The translations under genes were made by a program, and so were the position numbers. Under the pieces are notes generated by a model. It ran no database searches. It was not told where the DNA came from and saw only the letters and a list, made by a program, of their open reading frames with translations. This document shows, piece after piece, positions 1-8,901 of a stretch of 20,000 bases of DNA. The DNA comes from an uncultured virus (IMG/VR IMGVR_UViG_3300027780_000008) (lineage: Duplodnaviria; Heunggongvirae; Uroviricota; Caudoviricetes): IMG/VR virus record IMGVR_UViG_3300027780_000008. One strand, 5' to 3'. The stretch's first letter is position 1. Every line of letters begins with the position of its first letter.

Positions 1-28
1 ACGCTTTAATCTCTTCAAATTTTTCCAT
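1..28 (-). CDS. Partial CDS, first 9 codons only (MEKFEEIKA...), running off the window edge
   Basis: ATG at 28-26 on the minus strand with an A-rich leader (AAAAACAAACAATT-ATG) and a GAATATATAG motif at 63-72 upstream. The start recalls small histone H1-like (Hc1-type) Bacteroidota proteins, but 9 residues cannot establish this. Confidence 0.5.
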
Positions 29-62
29 AATTGTTTGTTTTAATTGTTATTAGTTATTTAAT

Positions 63-72
63 CTATATATTC
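63..72 (-). promoter_or_regulatory. Putative late-type promoter motif GAATATATAG
   Basis: Variant of the AATAAATAA motif recurring upstream of several genes in this window; about 35 nt upstream of the ATG at 28. Confidence 0.35.
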
Positions 73-76
73 ATCA

Positions 77-982
77 CTAGAACTTGCCTTCACGATTTCT
101 GTAAAAGCTTGTTGTTTTAGGAATGTACATATAATTTTTATTCTTGTTACGAACATTGTTCATAACTCTTTTAAACATGTCCCAATCTGCTGGTAAAACT
201 CCACCTGATCCAGTTGGAGCACCTTTTAATTTAGGAGCAGTGTTTTTCTGTTGGTCTGGATTTCTATATGTTAAATTTCCAGTTATACTTGGTCTCCACG
301 AAACAGCCGAATGGGAAGTATCATTAGGACCATAACCTTTATTGTTTAATTTTAATTCATAATCTTTTTGCGGCTGCATAAATATTTTCTTATCTGTATT
401 CCTAGCAGTTACTTTCTTTTTACTTCTGGTAAATACAAAACCTAAATCAGGAAATTGAGAATATGCTTTAGCTATTAACTCTAGGTGATTAGGGGCCCAT
501 TTATCATCATGGTCTATTCTAACGATATAATCACAACCATCTTTCTTAGCCATGCTTAGTGAGTCATTAAGTGCACCACAGCCTGCAGTAAAGCGGATCT
601 GTTTAGTAGACCATTTTTTATTATCTCTTTCACCGGGTGTTGATCTATTTTTATATTGTATTTGATTATCAGGAATAATATCTTTAATTACTGACTTAAT
701 CTCTTCATCATTATCATACTTATCAGCAGTTAAGTAAATTTTCCAATTTTTAAACTTTTGAGCTTTAACTGAATTAAGAGCTTCTTTTAATACACCAGGA
801 GTAGTCATATGTTCAGCTCTAGTTTTATTTGCTCTACCATCAGTCATATCATGAGTAGCCATTACTATTCCAAATTTAATGTCTTTATTAATCTTTGATC
901 CTAAATTCTTTTCAAGTAATATCTGAAAGTTATCAGAGCCTATAAAAGATTCTAATAAACTATATTCTTCAAATGTTATCAT
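77..982 (-). CDS. Glycosyltransferase family 2 (GT-A fold) with an N-terminal extension
   Basis: GIVMATH strand, ALNSVKAQKFKNWKIYLTAD, GALNDSL, and YIVRIDHDDKWAPNHLE containing the DxD motif; late ADWDMF motif. ATGA overlap with the upstream aminotransferase; stop TAG followed by TGA TGA. Confidence 0.85.
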   Translation of the reverse strand: MITFEEYSLLESFIGSDNFQILLEKNLGSKINKDIKFGIVMATHDMTDGRANKTRAEHMTTPGVLKEALNSVKAQKFKNWKIYLTADKYDNDEEIKSVIKDIIPDNQIQYKNRSTPGERDNKKWSTKQIRFTAGCGALNDSLSMAKKDGCDYIVRIDHDDKWAPNHLELIAKAYSQFPDLGFVFTRSKKKVTARNTDKKIFMQPQKDYELKLNNKGYGPNDTSHSAVSWRPSITGNLTYRNPDQQKNTAPKLKGAPTGSGGVLPADWDMFKRVMNNVRNKNKNYMYIPKTTSFYRNREGKF

Positions 983-2094
983 TTCTTAAAAAATGTTTTT
1001 ATTGACTTTATTATTCTTTTCATATCTTGTTTTGTTAGATCTGAGCCTGAAGGTAAACATATACCTTGTAGGAATAATAAAGAACTATTTCCATTTATAT
1101 ATTTTGTATAGCTTTTCATAACTGGTTGCTCATGCATTGGCTTCCATAATCTACGAGCTTCAATGTTATCTTTTTCTAAATGAGCTATTAAATCTTCAGG
1201 TTTATCTTCACCTTTCATTAGTGCACAAGTTAACCACATATTAGATCTATCAGTTTCTCTCTCTTCTTGAAAAGAATAGAATAAATCACCTACTTCTTTT
1301 CTATAAATTTGATTAACTTCTCTTGTTCTTTTTATTCTTTCTTCTATATCTTCCATTTGACCTACACCGATTGCAGCAAGAACATTACTCATTCTATAAT
1401 TGTATCCTATTTCAGTATGATGATAAAAAGGTTTACTATCTTTAGCCTGTGTTGAAAGAAATTTCATATAATCGGCATGTTTTTTGTCATTGGTTACAAT
1501 AACCCCACCACCGGAAGTAGATAGTAGCTTATTTCCATTAAAAGAATAAACACCAATAGGACCAAAGGTTCCTGTGTGCTTATCATTAAAAGTAGATCCC
1601 AAGCTTTCAGCGGCATCTTCAATAATAGGTATGTCATATTCATCTGATAATTTTTTAATTGCATCCATATTACAAGGTACTCCGAATATATGGACTGGTA
1701 TAATTGCTTTTGGTTTTTTACCTAAGGCTGTAGAATTAAGGATTGCTTTTTCTAATAGGATAGGATCCATATTCCAACTACCTTCCTCTGAATCAATAAA
1801 AATAGGTTCTGCTCCACAGTATATAATTGGACTAACGGTAGCAACAAATGTTAATGATTGACATATAACATAATCACCAGGCTCTACTTTTAATGCTCTA
1901 AGTGCTAAATGAATTCCTGCTGTACATGAAGTAACAGCTACAGCATATTTAGAATTTGTATATTCTTTAACTTTTTCCTCAAACATATTTAAGTGAGGGC
2001 CTATTGGAGCAATCCAATTATCTTTAAATACATCTTTAATATATTGTAATTCCTTGCCTGACATATGAGGCGGTGATAAGTAAATCTTTTTCAT
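979..2094 (-). CDS. DegT/DnrJ/EryC1/StrS PLP-dependent sugar aminotransferase, PglE/EpsN-like (UDP-4-keto-6-deoxy-GlcNAc 4-aminotransferase)
   Basis: IYLSPPHM N-terminus, SCTAGIHLAL, IIEDAAESLGS, SFNGNK (PLP lysine), GYNYRMSN, RRLWKPMH, GICLPSG. Confidence 0.92.
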   Translation of the reverse strand: MKKIYLSPPHMSGKELQYIKDVFKDNWIAPIGPHLNMFEEKVKEYTNSKYAVAVTSCTAGIHLALRALKVEPGDYVICQSLTFVATVSPIIYCGAEPIFIDSEEGSWNMDPILLEKAILNSTALGKKPKAIIPVHIFGVPCNMDAIKKLSDEYDIPIIEDAAESLGSTFNDKHTGTFGPIGVYSFNGNKLLSTSGGGVIVTNDKKHADYMKFLSTQAKDSKPFYHHTEIGYNYRMSNVLAAIGVGQMEDIEERIKRTREVNQIYRKEVGDLFYSFQEERETDRSNMWLTCALMKGEDKPEDLIAHLEKDNIEARRLWKPMHEQPVMKSYTKYINGNSSLLFLQGICLPSGSDLTKQDMKRIIKSIKTFFKK

Positions 2095-2095
2095 A

Positions 2096-2647
2096 TTATT
2101 TAATTTTAGCAGGATTACCGTATGCTGTTGAATTATCAGGAATATTTTTAGTTACAACTGATCCTGCACCAATCATACAATTTTTTCCAATTTTAATATA
2201 AGGTAATACTGTTGCATTAGCACCAATAAAACTACATTCGCCAACCTCAACACCACCACACAAGGTTGCATTAGGACCAATAAAAGTAAAGTCTTCCAAT
2301 ACACAATCATGGTCAATTGATGCTGCTGTATTAATTATACAATGTTTTCCTATTTTAGTACCAACTTGAATTACTGAACCATGTAATATTTGAGAACCTG
2401 TACCAATTGAGTCTGTATTACAAATAGCAGTATGGTGTATTACAATTTTAAATTCTTTATCTTTTAGCTTATTTGCTATTGCTTTCCTATCTTTATTATT
2501 ACCTATTGCAATTATCCAAGGATCCATTACAGTGTCATCAAAATCATCATCATTATAATCTTCAACAAACTGAGGATTTTTTGTATGGTTAACTATAGCA
2601 TCTGTAACTACTCTTGCATGGCCGCCTTTTCCGTAAATATTAATCAT
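2096..2647 (-). CDS. PglD/NeuD-family sugar N/O-acetyltransferase (left-handed beta-helix)
   Basis: IYGKGGHA, IAIGNNKDRK, IDHDC catalytic His, hexapeptide repeats, GAGSVVTK, YGNPAK. Start moved from 2698 to the ATG at 2647 (MINIYGKGGH), which gives an 8-bp ATGATTAA overlap with the upstream stop. Confidence 0.9.
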   Translation of the reverse strand: MINIYGKGGHARVVTDAIVNHTKNPQFVEDYNDDDFDDTVMDPWIIAIGNNKDRKAIANKLKDKEFKIVIHHTAICNTDSIGTGSQILHGSVIQVGTKIGKHCIINTAASIDHDCVLEDFTFIGPNATLCGGVEVGECSFIGANATVLPYIKIGKNCMIGAGSVVTKNIPDNSTAYGNPAKIK

Positions 2648-4232
2648 TTTTATCTTTATTAAATTCAAATAAACCTGCTTCCCATAATATGTCACCAAAA
2701 CTTAAATGATTAAATGATTCATTAAAGTTATAATTAATAGAATCTTTTAAAGAATTATAATGATTTGCATTTAATATACCACTTGTTAATATATTATATA
2801 ACTCATCAGCTGTTTTAAAGAAAAGCATTCCTTTCGTATCAAAAGTTTCCCATTGCTTAGTATTAGACTGCCCCCAAATAATAGGTACAGTACCAGTTAA
2901 CATACAATCTAAATGTTTTTCAGTTAAAAAATAAGGAAATTCATTTTCTACTACAATTTCATACCTATAATCTTTTAAACCATCAACCTTACTAATTGGA
3001 TTATTCCAATCAACTGTATGTTTAAGTTTAGACTTAATATGATCTCTGGTTGTGTGTCTTAATGCATGACCTTCCATGCCATAGTTCTTTTGAGACCATA
3101 TAGCAGTTACATTTTTTGATTTTGGATAAACTTGCCTATCATTACTGTTAATAAATGTACGAGATCCTGCTATATAATATCTATATTTTTCTGGATATTT
3201 ACCAGTACCTTTCCATGCAGGATAATGAACAAATATTAAATCAAAAAGATCTTCATTGGCTGCAATCCAATCAGTAAGAGCTATGTTAAAAGTATAAGGT
3301 TCCATTTGAACCATTACCTTATATTTATGTTTAGAATTTTTAACGATTGTTTCTAAATTATTTAATGAACCATCATAGTCAACAAAAATACCAATATCAG
3401 TAGGATCGTTTGTATATTCAATATATTTACTTGCAGTTGATGGATGTTGGCCTGCTCTTTCCTCTGGTCCAAAATTCCACTTGTCCCAGTATAAATTAAC
3501 TTTTGTTTTTTCTGATAGCATAATATCTTTAAATTTGTTTTTAATATGATTGTGTACATTTGTCCCTGAAGGGTTAGTGTGTCTTAAAATTACTTGTCTT
3601 GGAGGGATGATCCCATCCACAGGTAATCTATTTTCTCTGGTTGGTACATCGTAATAAATACCAGCATTAAGATGCACACCATCAAGGGAATACCAATCCC
3701 AGTTAGACGGACCATAAACTTTTGGTATATCATAATACAATGTTTTAAAAATAATATCAGTTTGAGAACACATTTGTTTTAAATAATCATTAAAAAAACA
3801 AGTTATTTTATTTCTTTCATCTACTGTTTTAAAACTTTCTCTTAATTGTACTCCTTGGCGGCCTTCATCTGGTCCTGACGCAATAGGCCCCCATACACCT
3901 ACATTATAACCTAATTTTTTTATCTTAATGATAGTTTGTAAATATCGATTTACACAGATCTCTACTGCTTCTTTATATGTAATATTATTTTTTTCTGATT
4001 GAAATCCTATATGAGATCTAATATCAATTTCACCTGGGGTAAAGAAAATATAATCATTTTTCTTATTAATATTATTATTATCTAAATAATTAATTATTTC
4101 TGGTACTTGTTTAGTAAGATTATAGGCAAGAACTCCACCTAAATGTTTTACTTTAAATGTGTTACCAAAATCAATATGATCAAAGCATTCTGCATGACTA
4201 TCACCTATAATATGTATTGTATTATTTTTCAT
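2640..4232 (-). CDS. Fusion: N-terminal SGNH/GDSL hydrolase plus C-terminal GT10-like (alpha-1,3-fucosyltransferase-type) glycosyltransferase
   Basis: N-half: IHIIGDSHA (block I), PGEIDIR, and DGVH (DxxH catalytic dyad). C-half: KDYRYEIVVENE...FLTEKHLDCMLTGTVPIIWG, matching the GT10 motif F/Y-x-x-x-x-EN...TEK..D....GTxPIYWG. Start set at ATG 4232 (MKNNTIH). Confidence 0.7.
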   Translation of the reverse strand: MKNNTIHIIGDSHAECFDHIDFGNTFKVKHLGGVLAYNLTKQVPEIINYLDNNNINKKNDYIFFTPGEIDIRSHIGFQSEKNNITYKEAVEICVNRYLQTIIKIKKLGYNVGVWGPIASGPDEGRQGVQLRESFKTVDERNKITCFFNDYLKQMCSQTDIIFKTLYYDIPKVYGPSNWDWYSLDGVHLNAGIYYDVPTRENRLPVDGIIPPRQVILRHTNPSGTNVHNHIKNKFKDIMLSEKTKVNLYWDKWNFGPEERAGQHPSTASKYIEYTNDPTDIGIFVDYDGSLNNLETIVKNSKHKYKVMVQMEPYTFNIALTDWIAANEDLFDLIFVHYPAWKGTGKYPEKYRYYIAGSRTFINSNDRQVYPKSKNVTAIWSQKNYGMEGHALRHTTRDHIKSKLKHTVDWNNPISKVDGLKDYRYEIVVENEFPYFLTEKHLDCMLTGTVPIIWGQSNTKQWETFDTKGMLFFKTADELYNILTSGILNANHYNSLKDSINYNFNESFNHLSFGDILWEAGLFEFNKDKND

Positions 4233-5286
4233 AATTTTCTCTTTTAAATTCAGGAACAATACTTTTAACTAATAAGATGATTTTATAAAAATCATTTGAC
4301 CTTAATTTTGATAATTTTTCTATTTTTGGAATTATACTTTTAAAGTCATAATCTTCATGATTTAATTTCATAATATGCTTATCATTGGTAATTATCATAT
4401 TTTCCCCATCACATAATAATTCTTCATATAATTTTTCACCAGGTCTTAAACCAATATATTTAATTTCTGCTTTACTCTCAAAGTGTTTAATTAAATTTTT
4501 TGCTAGATCATTAATAGAAACAGGTTCTCCCATATCAAATAAAAATACCTCGCCACCTTTACCTAATACACTAGCTTGTAATACCAATTGGCATGCTTCT
4601 GGTATGGTCATAAAATATCTAATGACTTCTTTGTGAGTTACACTAACAGGACCGCCTCCTTTTATTTGTTTTATAAATGTTGGAATTACAGAACCTTCAG
4701 ATCCTAAAACATTACCAAATCTTGTAACTATAAATGATGTTGATGATTTGGTTTCTAAAAATTGAGTATATAATTCTGCTATTCTTTTAGTTGCACCCAT
4801 TATGTTTGTAGGATTAACTGCTTTATCAGTTGATACCATTACAAATTTATCCACTTCATTCATGAAAGAAATATCAGCAACATTTTTTGTACCTAATACG
4901 TTTGTTTTAATTGCTTCTATTGGATTTAACTCCATCATAGGAACATGTTTATATGCAGCTGCATGAAATACCACTTCTGGTTTAAAACTTTCAAATACTT
5001 CTTCTAATCTATACTTATCTCTTACATCTCCTATAACATATTTAATATGAGACTTAGGATAATCTTTACTAATTTCTTGTTCTAGATGAAACATTGATGC
5101 TTCTGCATTATCAAAGACAGTTACAGATGATGCATTAAATTTAACAAGCTGCCTTACTATTTCACTACCTATAGACCCAGCCCCACCTGTAACCATAATA
5201 CGTTTTCCATTAACAAAATCTTTAATGGTTTCAGTATCTGTAAAAATAGGTTTACGATTTAATAGCTTAGTATAGTCTAGATTCAT
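4222..5286 (-). CDS. Soluble UDP-GlcNAc 4,6-dehydratase, PglF/CapD/WbpM-like (Polysacc_synt_2)
   Basis: TGGAGSIG NAD motif, FHAAAYKHVP, STDKAVNP, MGATK (MxxxK as in non-inverting PglF/WbpM, not the YxxxK of PseB), RFGNVLGS, GLRPGEKLYEEL. Only 354 aa, so the N-terminal membrane domain is absent. Confidence 0.92.
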   Translation of the reverse strand: MNLDYTKLLNRKPIFTDTETIKDFVNGKRIMVTGGAGSIGSEIVRQLVKFNASSVTVFDNAEASMFHLEQEISKDYPKSHIKYVIGDVRDKYRLEEVFESFKPEVVFHAAAYKHVPMMELNPIEAIKTNVLGTKNVADISFMNEVDKFVMVSTDKAVNPTNIMGATKRIAELYTQFLETKSSTSFIVTRFGNVLGSEGSVIPTFIKQIKGGGPVSVTHKEVIRYFMTIPEACQLVLQASVLGKGGEVFLFDMGEPVSINDLAKNLIKHFESKAEIKYIGLRPGEKLYEELLCDGENMIITNDKHIMKLNHEDYDFKSIIPKIEKLSKLRSNDFYKIILLVKSIVPEFKRENYEK

Positions 5287-6029
5287 ATAATATTTATTTG
5301 AGACACTAACCAGTCTAATTCAACCTGGCTTTCAGAATCAGAAATTGCATTACTAGGATCAGGGTGAGTTTCAATAAATACACCATCATATTCAAATATC
5401 TTAGCTGCTTGTGCATATTGTTTTGCTAATTTGCGACTGCCTCTAGTTATACCTTCTCCAGCCATTTGAGTTGAGTGAGTACAATCTAAAATAACCTTAT
5501 CTGCAAATTCTTTCATTACATCAACTCCTCTAAAGTCTACAATTAATCTGTCATAGCCAAAATTAGAACCCCTTTCAGTTATCCACACTTCACAATTAGG
5601 ATCAACTTCTTTAATTTTTGCAACTGCGTGTTTCATTGCATCTGCAGATAACCATTGTCCTTTCTTAATATTAATTATATTAAAGTTTTTTGCACATGCA
5701 ACTAAAAGATCAGTTTGTCTACATAAGAATGCTGGTATTTGAATAACATCTACTACATCCGAAAGTGGTAATGCTTGGTTAGGTTCGTGTATATCAGTTA
5801 CAATTTTAATATTAGGATAAGCTTCTTTGATACTTTGCATAATCCTAATACCTTCATCTAAACCAGGACCTCTATCAGAATGTATAGAAGTTCTATTAGC
5901 TTTATCAAAAGAACCTTTTAAGTACCAATCTTTACCTCCCATATAACCATTTAATGTTTTGGCTACTTCTAAAAAGTTATCCTCATTTTCAATACTACAA
6001 GGACCTAGTATATATGTATAGTTTTCCAT
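5283..6029 (-). CDS. kdsA: 3-deoxy-D-manno-octulosonate 8-phosphate (KDO8P) synthase, metal-dependent type
   Basis: GPCSIE (metal-binding Cys), SFDKANRTS, VTDIHE, QIPAFLCRQTDLL, NIKKGQ, TERG, DCTHSTQ, FIETHPDP...SD. Confidence 0.93.
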   Translation of the reverse strand: MENYTYILGPCSIENEDNFLEVAKTLNGYMGGKDWYLKGSFDKANRTSIHSDRGPGLDEGIRIMQSIKEAYPNIKIVTDIHEPNQALPLSDVVDVIQIPAFLCRQTDLLVACAKNFNIINIKKGQWLSADAMKHAVAKIKEVDPNCEVWITERGSNFGYDRLIVDFRGVDVMKEFADKVILDCTHSTQMAGEGITRGSRKLAKQYAQAAKIFEYDGVFIETHPDPSNAISDSESQVELDWLVSQINII

Positions 6030-6037
6030 AACTTATT

Positions 6038-7813
6038 TTATCCGTCACAACTAATACAGTCTTCCATTGCCTTTGCAGCAATATCTCCTCTTAATACAGA
6101 TTCAGTTCTCATATAATATAAAGTTTTAATACCTTGCTTCCATGCCTCTAAGTGGACTTGGTTAATCCATTTAGGAGTAGCCTCTTTAGGGAATGCTAAA
6201 TTTAAACTTACTGCTTGGTCAACGTACTGTTGTCTTACACCTGCTTGTTTAACTAATTCCAATTGATTTATTTCTTTAAAGGTTTTGAATACATCTTTAA
6301 AAGGAACGCCTTCATGGAATTCTGGTACATCTTTACATTTCATTAAGATACCTTTTACAAAACACCATTCATCTAAGAATTTAATTCCTTGAACAGAACC
6401 ACCATCAGCCATTATCTTATCCCATACCTTTTTATTATCATGTCCTATTTTATCAAGATAACCTTCCAATTGTTTATTCTTTCTAATAAAAGTACCCTTT
6501 GCTGATTGATCGGTCCATATATTTGCAGGGACTGGTTCGATACCGGCAGATATTCCACCTGCTAATTTTGAATTAGAAACTGTTGGAGCAACTGCTCTTA
6601 AGTGAGTATTTCTAAATCCAGTATCTCTACACCATAAAGGTTCTCCGTATGTCTCGGCAAGATCGCGACTAGCCTTTTCACTTTCAATTTTGATTTGAGA
6701 AAATATATTACGAGTTTCATACTGTGCTTCTAATCCCTCAAAGGCGATTCCTCGCTGCTGTAAATAAGTATGCCATCCTAATACGCCTAAACCTAATGCT
6801 CTACCTTTTTCTGCTGTCCTTACTGAATTTTCAAAACCTTTTCTATATTTAGCCTTTTGTATAAATTCCTCAAGTACACCATCTAAAAACCACGTAGCAT
6901 CATAAATAAGATTAGTATTTTTCCATTCATCATATCTAGAAAGATTAAGAGAACTTAAACAGCAAACAAAAGAATGATTTTCATCTGTATGTAAAACAAT
7001 CTCAGAACAAATATTAGTCATAAATACTTTAAGACCATTTTTCTTATATGCATCAGGATTTTGTTTATTAACATTTCCTCTATACATTATATAAGGTTGA
7101 CCAGTTTGCCTACGCTTTCTTTGTACTGCTGCGTATCTTTTTCTAGACTCAGGATCACCTTCCATTACATTCCTCATAAATTTATCAGAAATACTAACAC
7201 ATTGATTTATATTTAAACATTGTCTATTAACATCGCCTTTAGGTTCTCTTATTTCTAGCCATTCCCAAAAATCGCCATGCTCAATACTCAAGTTAGTACT
7301 TGCTGCCCCTCTTCTTACTGCTCCTTGGTTAGTTGCAAGAATTGTAGAATCATTCATTTTTATAAAAGGTACTACACCATCACTTGTTCCATTATCAGTT
7401 ATATTAGCACCTGCTGGTCTAATTTGATTATGACCAATTCCTACACCACCACCATGCTTTGCTAATAACATTAATTCTAAGTTCTTACCACCAATATCTT
7501 GGATTGAATCTGCTACATCTACACCAAAACATGAAATAGGTAACCCTCTCTCAGATCCTGTATTGGATAAAACAGGCGATGCTAAATTTAACCACCCGTT
7601 CCAAATGTATTTCATAAACTTGTCTGCCATTTCTGGTTTCTTTAGTCTATTTGCTACAGTTGTTGATACTCTCCAGTATGCATCTTTTGGAGTTTCACCT
7701 GGTAAACAATATCCTCTTGATATTGTATTAAGGTAAACATCAGTATGGCCCCATTCAGGATAATCAATACCACGTTCCCAGTTTAATTCTTTTTCTATTT
7801 GATCTGCTGTCAT
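6038..7813 (-). CDS. nrdA: Class I ribonucleotide reductase alpha subunit, short form without ATP cone
   Basis: SPVLSN, PISCF, GGGVG, TNICSEI (catalytic N/C/E), VCCLSSLN, RALGLGVLG, VAPTVSNS, KTLYY radical-relay pair, C-terminal CISC. No intein or intron seen. Confidence 0.96.
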   Translation of the reverse strand: MTADQIEKELNWERGIDYPEWGHTDVYLNTISRGYCLPGETPKDAYWRVSTTVANRLKKPEMADKFMKYIWNGWLNLASPVLSNTGSERGLPISCFGVDVADSIQDIGGKNLELMLLAKHGGGVGIGHNQIRPAGANITDNGTSDGVVPFIKMNDSTILATNQGAVRRGAASTNLSIEHGDFWEWLEIREPKGDVNRQCLNINQCVSISDKFMRNVMEGDPESRKRYAAVQRKRRQTGQPYIMYRGNVNKQNPDAYKKNGLKVFMTNICSEIVLHTDENHSFVCCLSSLNLSRYDEWKNTNLIYDATWFLDGVLEEFIQKAKYRKGFENSVRTAEKGRALGLGVLGWHTYLQQRGIAFEGLEAQYETRNIFSQIKIESEKASRDLAETYGEPLWCRDTGFRNTHLRAVAPTVSNSKLAGGISAGIEPVPANIWTDQSAKGTFIRKNKQLEGYLDKIGHDNKKVWDKIMADGGSVQGIKFLDEWCFVKGILMKCKDVPEFHEGVPFKDVFKTFKEINQLELVKQAGVRQQYVDQAVSLNLAFPKEATPKWINQVHLEAWKQGIKTLYYMRTESVLRGDIAAKAMEDCISCDG

Positions 7814-7832
7814 TGTTTTTGTTTTTTAATTA

Positions 7833-8828
7833 TTACCAAATATCATCCCAATCATCACCTTCACCTGCTTTTGCATAATCAGTTGGTCTGATTGCAAAAA
7901 AGTCAGTATGAGTATGTCCTCCTGTTAAATGATAAAACCAATCTAAAGCATCAGCTGATTTTTCATCATATTCAAATACTGGATCTAATCCTAGTTCTTG
8001 TAATTTTTCGTTTGTTCTTCTGTAAATAAAATTCTTTAAATCATACGCTTTTAAATTCTCAATATCACCCATTTCAAAAATCTTATCAATATAATCATGT
8101 TCCATGTCTACCATTAACTTTGCAGCTTCATAAATAGATTCTTTAACATCATCTCTTAATTCTTTATCCTCAGAACACATATGATTAAATAACCTACAGC
8201 CCATTTTAGAATGTAATGATTCATCTCTCACAGACCATTTCATCTGTTGCCCAATTCCTTTTAAAAGATTTCTCATTTGAAAACTATATAGAACAGCAAA
8301 AGAACTATACAGAGATACACCTTCAGCAAATGCGGAGAATATTGCAAGACTTCTTGCTACTTCTTTTCTTGCATCTTTACTTTTTAATAAATCCTTATCA
8401 GTATAATCAGCATTTGTTGACATTAAGAAGTCAAATTTACCAGCCATTGAAGGTTCATGTAAAAATGCAGTATAATCTTCAAGACCTAATGTTTCATTTA
8501 AATAACTATAAGCAACTGCATGAATAGTTTCTTGTGAACCAAACATCATTGCCATTTGTCTTATCTCGTGCTTAGGAAACCATTTTGTAACCATTCCAGT
8601 CCAATAATCAGATACTGCGCATTCAGTTTGAGCAAATCCTAAAAGAATATTTCCTACTAAGTTTTTTTCATGCGGTTTTATATTTTCATTCCAATCCTTT
8701 AAGTCTCCTTGCATTGAAATTTCAGTATGTAACCAAAATGCTTGTGCTTGTGGTAACCAACCATCCAAATAATATTCTGGATATTCAAAAGGTTTGTATT
8801 CAATTCTGTTGGTAAAAAGTTTGCTCAT
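7833..8828 (-). CDS. nrdB: Class I ribonucleotide reductase beta subunit
   Basis: YKPFEYP and FWLHTE; ligands E69 (AQTE), E100/H103 (ETIH), E169, E203/H206 (DESLH); Tyr107 retained; C-terminal DFFAIRPTDYAK. Confidence 0.95.
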   Translation of the reverse strand: MSKLFTNRIEYKPFEYPEYYLDGWLPQAQAFWLHTEISMQGDLKDWNENIKPHEKNLVGNILLGFAQTECAVSDYWTGMVTKWFPKHEIRQMAMMFGSQETIHAVAYSYLNETLGLEDYTAFLHEPSMAGKFDFLMSTNADYTDKDLLKSKDARKEVARSLAIFSAFAEGVSLYSSFAVLYSFQMRNLLKGIGQQMKWSVRDESLHSKMGCRLFNHMCSEDKELRDDVKESIYEAAKLMVDMEHDYIDKIFEMGDIENLKAYDLKNFIYRRTNEKLQELGLDPVFEYDEKSADALDWFYHLTGGHTHTDFFAIRPTDYAKAGEGDDWDDIW

Positions 8829-8852
8829 AGTTTTTTATTATTTTAGACTAAA

Positions 8853-8881
8853 CATGCAACTCATAGAGAAATGGTTGCATG
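8853..8881 (-). promoter_or_regulatory. Stem-loop in the nrdB leader (weak terminator or regulatory/stability hairpin)
   Basis: Minus strand CATGCAAC-CAT-TTCTCT-ATG-A-GTTGCATG: 8+3 bp stem with a one-base bulge, followed by TTTAGT, 24 nt before the nrdB ATG. Confidence 0.55.
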
Positions 8882-8901
8882 CCTTAAATTATTATTGTTT
8901 T

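Noticed and set aside
71..79. Stop-codon recoding, suggested by the sole primary TAG being backed by TGA TGA and by tandem stops elsewhere
   Set aside because: Genes are uninterrupted under code 11, with no in-frame TAG or TGA breaking conserved domains. The polB truncation ends in TAA and does not continue.
2648..2698. Longer annotated starts for the acetyltransferase (2698) and for the fusion gene (4259)
   Set aside because: They create long overlaps. ATGs at 2647 and 4232 coincide with domain starts and give typical short coupled overlaps.
3362..3559. Nested minus-strand 65-aa ORF
   Set aside because: Out-of-frame inside the SGNH/GT10 gene, with no motif or independent support.
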